A stretch of DNA of 62,953 nt, the filler included, from Octopus bimaculoides (taxonomy: Eukaryota), in NCBI RefSeq assembly GCF_001194135.2. It is 5 parts of 5 records of this genome, joined end to end, with 100 filler letters (N's around TTAATTAATTAA, not from the genome) between each part and the next. Parts side by side here need not be neighbours in the genome. Positions count along the whole stretch, not along the records: positions 50,786 to 62,953 come from NC_069007.1; 4 more parts are not named here. One strand, written 5' to 3'. The notes under the pieces were generated by a model that did not search any database, had not been told where the DNA came from, and saw nothing but the letters and a program-made list of their open reading frames with translations. Position 1 is the stretch's first letter, and each line of letters begins with the position of its first letter. The translations under genes and the position numbers were made by a program. This document shows, one piece after another, positions 56,536 to 62,953 of the stretch.

Positions 56536-56915
56536 ACAATGACTTCACTTGACTCAACAGGTCTTTGCAAGCGCAGTTTATTGCCCAGTGATTGAAGGGT
56601 ACTCTTAAATGGGCTGGTTATGCTGCACTGGCATAGGCCACGGTTACAGTCTCACTTGGCTTGCTGGGTCTTCTCAAGCACAGCGTATCTCTAAAGGTCT
56701 CTGTCACTTGTCATCGCCTCCGTGAGGCCCAACATTCGGAGGTTGTGCTTCACCTCATTCCAGATTTTCCTGGGTCTCCCTCTCCCACAGGTTCCTTCTA
56801 CTGCTTGGGTGTGACACTTTTTCACACAGCTCTCCTCATCCACACACAACACATGACCATACCAGTGCAGTCGTCTCTCTTGCACATCACATCTGCTGCT
56901 TCTTATGTCCATAGA
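56159..56915 (-). mobile_element. RTE-clade LINE 3' end whose UTR contains a 66-bp tandem array
   Basis: VQERRLHWYGHVLCVDEESCVKKC...VEGTCGRGRPRKIW (56691-56912), followed by a UTR homologous to 14030-14100. Confidence 0.85.
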
Positions 56916-57043
56916 TGAGAATCAGATATTCTCTGTATTGAGTACACTTGAGCGGGTATAGAAGTAAATATAGGGATAAGCGAGCTAGATAGGTCAATAT
57001 ATAAAGTATATTAAATACATGAAATATAAAAAATGTATATATA

Positions 57044-57214
57044 GGCATAGGAGTGGCTGTGTGGTAAGTAGCTTGCTTACCAACCACATGGTTCCGGGTT
57101 CAGTTTCACTGCGTGGCACCTTGGGCAAGTGTCTTCCACTATAGCCTCGGGCCGACCAAAGCCTTGTGAGTGGATTTGGTAGACGGAAACTGAAAGAAGC
57201 CCATCGTATATATG

Positions 57215-57251
<37 letters not shown>

Positions 57252-57467
57252 ATGTTTCTGTGTCTGTGTTTGTTCCCCCCAACATCGCTTGACAACCGAT
57301 GCTGGTGTGTTTACGTCCACGTAACTTAGCGGTTCGGCAAAAGAGACCGATAGAATAAGTACTAGGCTTACAAATAATAAGTCCTGGGGTCGATTTGCTC
57401 GACTGTAGGCGGTGCTCCAGCATGGCCACAGTCTAAATGACTGAAACAAGTAAAAGTAAAAGAGTAA
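57044..57467 (+). mobile_element. SINE family B (tRNA head + CORE-like block + internal microsatellite), full length
   Basis: Head GGAGTGGCTGTGTGGTAAG...GGGTTCAGT, CORE-like ACCTTGGGCAAGTGTCTT, then GGTAGACGGAAACTGAAAGAAGCCC-(TA)n(TG)n-TGTGTCTGTGTTTGT, and a 3' end AATGACTGAAACAAGTAAAAG. Confidence 0.85.
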
Positions 57468-57588
57468 TACATTGAGTTCAAATTTCAGTTCCAGTTGAGC
57501 ACTGGGGTAGATGTAATTGAAGTACCCGCCACCCCTGATATTGTTGGCCTTGTGCCAACATTTGAAAACATTATTATTGTTATTATTA

Positions 57589-57627
<39 letters not shown>

Positions 57628-57628
<1 letters not shown>

Positions 57629-57835
57629 GGTGGTGAGCTGGCAGATTCACTAGCATGCCGGGCAAAATGCTTAGCAGCATTTTATCTGTCCTTATGTTCT
57701 GAATTCAAATTCTGCTGGAGTTGACTATGCCTTTCCTCTTTTCGGGGTCGATATATTAAGTACCAGTGAAACACTGGGGTCAGTGTAATTGACTTGTCCC
57801 GTCCCCCAAAATTTCTGATCTTGTGCCTTTAGTAG
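57628..57835 (+). mobile_element. SINE family A
   Basis: Same head, B-box and TTTCGGGGTCGAT..TAAGTACCAG body. A partial copy also lies at 57470-57570. Confidence 0.8.
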
Positions 57836-57839
57836 AAAG

Positions 57840-58015
57840 GATTATTGTTATTGTTGTTGTTGTTGTTATTCTCTTCATATCCTCGCTGGGGTAGATGTAC
57901 TCTACCCCCAGCTATGCGTGAATAGATCCACATTTGGCTCTTAAGAATTCCTATGTTGCTGCTTTGGTGCCATTCTTTTAAGTACTTCCCAGAGAATGTA
58001 GCCATCTCCCAAGAA
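57840..58015 (-). mobile_element. R4/Dong-like LINE extreme 3' end with (AAC/AAT)n tail
   Basis: Minus strand LLGDGYILWEVL resembles the LLGTAHILRKVL terminus of the clade, and is followed by a short UTR and an AAC/AAT tail. Confidence 0.5.
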
Positions 58016-59690
58016 CTCACTTATTTTTAGCAGTTTTAGAAATGGTTCGTTTGCCTGGAACTCTTCCAATTGTTTTTTTTTTTTTTGTTTTTTTTGCAGT
58101 TTCTGGTTCCTGTTGTTGTTATTGGTGTGAGAAAGACATCAAGTGTTTCCTTATGTTCGATGTTTAAACCCCTTCCTTGCCCCCTCCTCCTTTTCTTTTT
58201 TTCCTTTTCTTCTTTTCTTCATCTTTGCCCTTTTCTGTTTCTCCTCCATCCTTCTTTCTTCATCATTTTTCTTCTTTGTTACCTTCTTCCTTATTTCTTC
58301 TTTTTCTTCCTCGTCTTCTCCTCCTCCTCCAGGTGGTGTGAACATTGAACAAAATGCATGGCAGCATTTTTTTGTCCAACTCATTGCAATGTCAGTTCAA
58401 TTCCAACTAAGATCTATCTTTTGGTGTTGTCAATAAAATAAAATACCTCACAAGAATTGGTTCCAATGTATTGAACTAACCTCTTCCCTTTAAAATATCT
58501 AATTTTGTACCAAGATTAGCAGGAATTATTATTCTGTTGGATTGCAGTATTTGTTTTGGTTCTTTATATTCTGAGATCAAATCCTGCTGAGGTTAGCTTT
58601 GCGTTTCATTTTTCCAGGATTGATAAAATATAGTACATGGAGTTGATGTATTTGCTTAACTTTTCCTATCCTCAAAATGTGTGGCCTTTTATCATTCGAG
58701 GGAGGTGTATGCTTTAGTGGTTAGAATTGTTGGACTCATGATGGTAAGATTGTGGTTTCGATTTCTGGATCAGGCGATATTTTTTTTTTTTTTTTTTTTT
58801 TAGCAAGACATTCCATTTTATGTTTCTCCAGTTCACTCAACTCATAACGAGTGATCCTGTGACAGACGGGCATTCTATCCTCAGTGGAGTATATACACTA
58901 CAGAATCCAGGAAACTGGCCTTATGCTCCTCACAGATGTCATCTCAGACATGCTAGAAACAACAGGTAAAGGACAGGGTTTCTGAGATAACTTCCTTGTA
59001 AGTTTAAATGGAAGGTCAGGTTTTGAAATACGCTCCTCACAAACAGGTGACAGAATAGGAAAAGGTAATTTCCATAGGATTTGAGTTGTAATTTAGCTCA
59101 CAGCAAAAAATAACATATTTCATACGGAACTTTAACTCTGTGTGTATGCCAAAGGAAGTTATTTTTGCATAGCTTTCTTAATTCCAAAGGAAGGAAATGT
59201 AGTGAAGTTGCAATATGTTGACAGCAGGTCTCTACATTATAATGAGAAATTGAAAGAGAAAGATAATGCCTAATTCTACACACGCTTGAAACATGGGACA
59301 AAAGTGAAAATGACCTGAAAATTGTATGACACAACCTCATTTCTGAGGTTCTCGGCGTCCCTTTCTCTCCTGCTTTCCCCCTCTCCTTGTGCTGCTTTCT
59401 TTTACCTTCACCTATACAACATACATAGGGTATGAAACATCAGCTTTTCACTCTCACCTGCTATCCCTGTCTTTCATCTTCTCCAAGAGAAGCTTTTCTT
59501 CTGTCTCTGTTTCTTTCTCTTGTCTCTGTCTTTTTCTCGGTCATTCCATAAAAAATAAGATGTCTGTATGTATGTGCGAGAGAGATAGTGAGTGAGTGAG
59601 TGAAGGTGTGTGTCGTAATGATGGATGTCTTTAAGGTACATATATACATATACATATATATCCATATATACATATATATATATGTATATA

Positions 59691-59756
<66 letters not shown>

Positions 59757-59867
59757 NNNNNNNNNNNNNNNNNNNNNNNNNNNNNNNNNNNNNNNNNNNN
59801 NNNNNNNNNNNNNNNNNNNNNNNNNNNNNNNNNNNNNNNNNNNNATATATATACACACACACACACA

Positions 59868-59908
<41 letters not shown>

Positions 59909-60339
59909 CTAATGCGAGAAATAGCAGCTAAATTTCCTTTAAATGCTACTTTAACTCTCTTGATACCATTCTTTGATATTTTAAAAGTAATCTAGATTTA
60001 AGCCTACTTGATTTAAAGTAATCTGGATTAAAGCTTACCTTCAAATTTCCATGTATTTCTAAAGACCAGGCTAATAATAACTAAGTTATTTTACAAAATT
60101 CTTCATGATTGCAAATTTAAATGAAAGAAAGGCAGAGTATTTTAACAGAAAAATGGTAATAAAAAATAAAACGTTCTAGAAATGTTAAGTAACAAAAAAC
60201 AAAAAAAAGCTAGACGAAGTGGTCATGGTTGGAACGCTTTTGATTATATATCTGCTTGATCAGGTTTCACTTGGAGCTAAACAAGAACTACTACTACTCA
60301 CCACCACTCCTCCTCCTCCTCCTACTACTACTACTACTA

Positions 60340-60715
60340 CATTCTGAGCTCAAATTCTGCTGGGGTTGACTTTGTATTCCTTTCAGGGTCAATAAAATAA
60401 GTACCAGTTGCATACTGGGGGTCGAGGTAACAGACTTACTCTCCCCCCCCCCAAAAAAAAAATTTACAGGCTTTGCACCAAAATTTGAAACCATTATTAT
60501 TATCATTATTATTATTATTATTATTATTAAGGTGGCGAGCTGGCAGAACTGTTAGCATACTGGGCAAAATGCTTAGTGGTATTTTGCCCATTGTTACGTT
60601 CTTAGTTCAAATTCCACTCATATTGACTTTGCCTTTTCATCCTTTCACACTGGGGTCCTTGCAACTGAGCACTCCCCAAATTTCAGGCTTTGTGCCTATA
60701 TTAGAAAGAACTATT
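60340..60715 (+). mobile_element. Two tandem SINE family A copies immediately upstream of the LATS acceptor
   Basis: 60340-60490 is 5'-truncated. 60530-60715 has the head GGTGGCGAGCTGGCAG and an internal deletion. The two are separated by (ATT)n. Confidence 0.8.
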
Positions 60716-60747
60716 GTTATTATCATTATCATCTCTTCTCCTTGCAG

Positions 60748-60921
60748 ATGGCTGTCACCCTCGTCAAGGTTCGATGGACGTTGTGTTGAAGGAGGAGTCG
60801 TGTTGCTGTGATCAACTGAAGCCATTGGAGGTGAAGTACCAGGAACAGCGGCAGCGATGTCTGGCCCACTCTCTCGTAGGCACGCCCAACTACATTGCGC
60901 CTGAGGTCTTGATCCGATCAG
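60748..60921 (+). CDS. LATS1: LATS/Warts kinase exon: activation-segment insert and activation loop
   Basis: Acceptor ctcttctccttgcag|AT at 60747/60748 and donor TCAG|GTAAGA at 60921/60922. Phase 1-1, in frame with the upstream exon. Translates (D)GCHPRQGSMDVVLKEESCCCDQLKPLEVKYQEQRQRCLAHSLVGTPNYIAPEVLIRS(G), including the LATS/NDR hallmark AHSLVGTPNYIAPE. Confidence 0.97.
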
Positions 60922-61275
60922 GTAAGAAGTGACCTCTGCTCTGATGATGGGATCGTGTGTGCGTGTGTCTATTTTTTTCTCTCTCTCTGTAGTTGAGGCA
61001 GTTGTGCTGTATTGTGTGCTATATCCTTGGGTTTCTGCTCAGGTGGGACAACCAGCAGGTAATCTGCTTCAGCCTTACAATTGGTTATTGCATCTATGAC
61101 AAACAACTTTATGACTGCGAGGTTTTTGATCAGTTAAGGCAAGTACAGAAGTTTATTGCGCTGACCAATGCCTTCATAGTGGATTTGGTAGAGGGGAAAC
61201 TGAAAGAAGCCTATTGTGTGTGTGTTTATGTGTAAATGTGGCTGTTAGACTATTTTGTCTAATAGCAAACCACAT

Positions 61276-61520
61276 TTACATTATTTACATTTGACGGATA
61301 TTTGTCCTCATCTTGTTTGTTGTTAACACAACGTTTCAGCTGATATACCCTCCAGCCTTCATCAGGTGTCCTGGTGGAATTTTGAACCTGGGTTCTCATT
61401 CCTAAAGTATTTTTCGATGTTGTTGTTATTATTATTATTATTCAGGTCACTGCCTGGAATTGAACTCTGGATCTTGGGGTTAGTAGCCTGCGCTGTTAAC
61501 CACTACGCCATATGCAGTGA

Positions 61521-61552
<32 letters not shown>

Positions 61553-61724
61553 TCAAAAAACACCTTAGGAATGAGAACCCAGGTTCGAAATTTCCCCAAG
61601 CCACCTGATGAAGGCTGGAGGGTATATCAGCCGAAACGTGTTAACAACAAACAAGATGAGGACAAATATCCGTCAATTGTAAATAATGTACAACATTCCT
61701 TATCTCTTAAATATAAAACTGTAT
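61276..61724 (-). mobile_element. Fold-back Penelope-type non-autonomous element with tRNA-like head and hammerhead motif
   Basis: Arms 61277-61453 and 61514-61690 are inverted, with about 13 substitutions and 2 small indels by eye. The 60-nt spacer carries an A-box TGGCGTAGTGG (61510-61500) and a B-box GTTCAATTC (61465-61457) on the minus strand. Possible 10-bp TSD with one mismatch: CAAACCACAT 61266-61275 and CAAACCCCAT 61725-61734. Confidence 0.8.
61325..61370 (-). ncRNA. Minimal type I hammerhead ribozyme motif (Penelope-like, palindromic stem III)
   Basis: Minus strand reads GACAC-CUGAUGA-A-GGCUG(gagggUaUaU)CAGCU-GAAA-CG-UU/GUGUU. Stem I is GACAC:GUGUU, stem II is GGCUG:CAGCU, the core is intact, and stem III is the loopless palindrome ACGU. 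Predicted cleavage is after GUU, between 61330 and 61329. Confidence 0.72.
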
Positions 61725-62953
61725 CAAACCCCATGGTTCTTGAGTTTCTGATGAAGCAAGTTTACTTCAAGGGGCAACTGTTTGTGCATGTGTCTATGCA
61801 TCTGTGTGTATGTGTAGTTGCGACAGCCACACTATATCATGTGCCACATTGAAATTTTACAGTATCCGTTTCTGGTGCCACCTTAAAAACACTGGTGCTG
61901 GTGCTGCATGCATTATCTTGTAGCTATGAGATTTCATGATATAATTGTTTATTTGTAGAATGACATTGCAGGGTTGGTGCATGAAGCCAGATCTGGTTGG
62001 TTTGAGCACAAGACAGGTGAAATATTTGGGTTGGATATGGCTGGGTTAAATAATAAATGATTAAAAGCAAGCACTGGGTTTTGGGGCTGACCAAAACCTT
62101 GTATTCACCTGAAAGAAGCCCATTGTGTGTATGTGTGTGTATGTTTGTGTACATGTGGCTGTCACTCTGTTTTGTCAAATATCTAACCACACAGTAACCT
62201 TAGTTTCTGATAAAGCAAATTTACTTCAAGGTGCAATTATTTGTGCAAGTCTGTGCATTTTTATGTATAGTTGCACTGTGCCATTTGCCACATTGAAATT
62301 TTATGGTGCGACATAAATGGCATTTGTGTTGGTGTGACGTGAAAAGTACTCAGTACACTCTATGGCATCCAGCCCTAGAAACCATCCCAGAATAGACAAT
62401 GGAGTCTGGTGTGGCTCCCTGGCTTTACTAGCTCTGGTCAAGCTTTTGTGTGCCCATAAAGGGGTGTGTGCGGACAGACGTCTCCGAGCTTCTGCTATTA
62501 AGCGTTGTCAGAGATGTGGTTCAGAGGGGAGATAACTAGAACCGCTCAGTAAATCATCAGCGTGGCCCAAGGGGGAATAATTGAATGTTACTCAACAACT
62601 ACAAATTATTATTTCCATTGTAGAATTTAATCTACAGCCATAGTTCCAGATACTAATTGATAATGCCGGTTATGATAGTGATGCATAATCTCGATATTAT
62701 ATAATTTTTGTGCTATTGATAATGTTGAGTGAACGATATAGTGCTCAGGGGAGGCTACTCTGTACACAGATCTTACAATTACCTTCTCGTATTTGGTGTG
62801 CGTGTGTAAGTGTTATGTGGTTGTTGAGTATATATACTGTTTCAATGTAGGAATATTCCCTTATATTCAATGTATGAACAGCTAGTATATTTAAAGACAC
62901 AACACAAACTGAAATATAATTGTGTGTTTATATATATATATATATATATATAT

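Noticed and set aside
61454-61513. Functional tRNA gene (likewise the heads at 48437, 57044 and 4068)
   Set aside because: A and B boxes are present but no acceptor stem closes, and each runs into a repeat body.
60922-62953. Next LATS exon (expected YTQxCDWWSVGVILYEML)
   Set aside because: No frame in the remaining sequence encodes it, so it must lie beyond the window.

Overview
AT-rich, repeat-dense animal genomic DNA from a gappy draft assembly, with many N runs and four artificial 44N-TTAATTAATTAA-44N joins. The SINE, LINE and microsatellite make-up suggests a coleoid cephalopod such as Octopus; this is an inference. The only recognisable host gene is part of a LATS/Warts (Hippo pathway) kinase on the + strand: a long exon whose 5' end is lost in a gap (50788-52138) and a 174-nt activation-segment exon (60748-60921). 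The N-terminal and remaining 3' exons are not visible. Most other interpretable sequence is microsatellite or decayed mobile DNA: RTE, R4/Dong-like and CRE-like LINE pieces, a Penelope GIY-YIG remnant, mariner and hAT derivatives, and several tRNA-derived SINE families. The most notable observation is a ~450-bp fold-back element in the LATS intron (61276-61724). It joins a tRNA-like Pol III head to a Penelope-type minimal hammerhead ribozyme motif, intact on the antisense strand and broken on the sense strand. Two further dead hammerhead-like relics, four long hairpins, a sense-only SINE bias in the LATS intron and two candidate in-frame cassette exons are also reported. All alignments were done by eye; element boundaries are approximate unless a TSD, TIR or splice site is cited.
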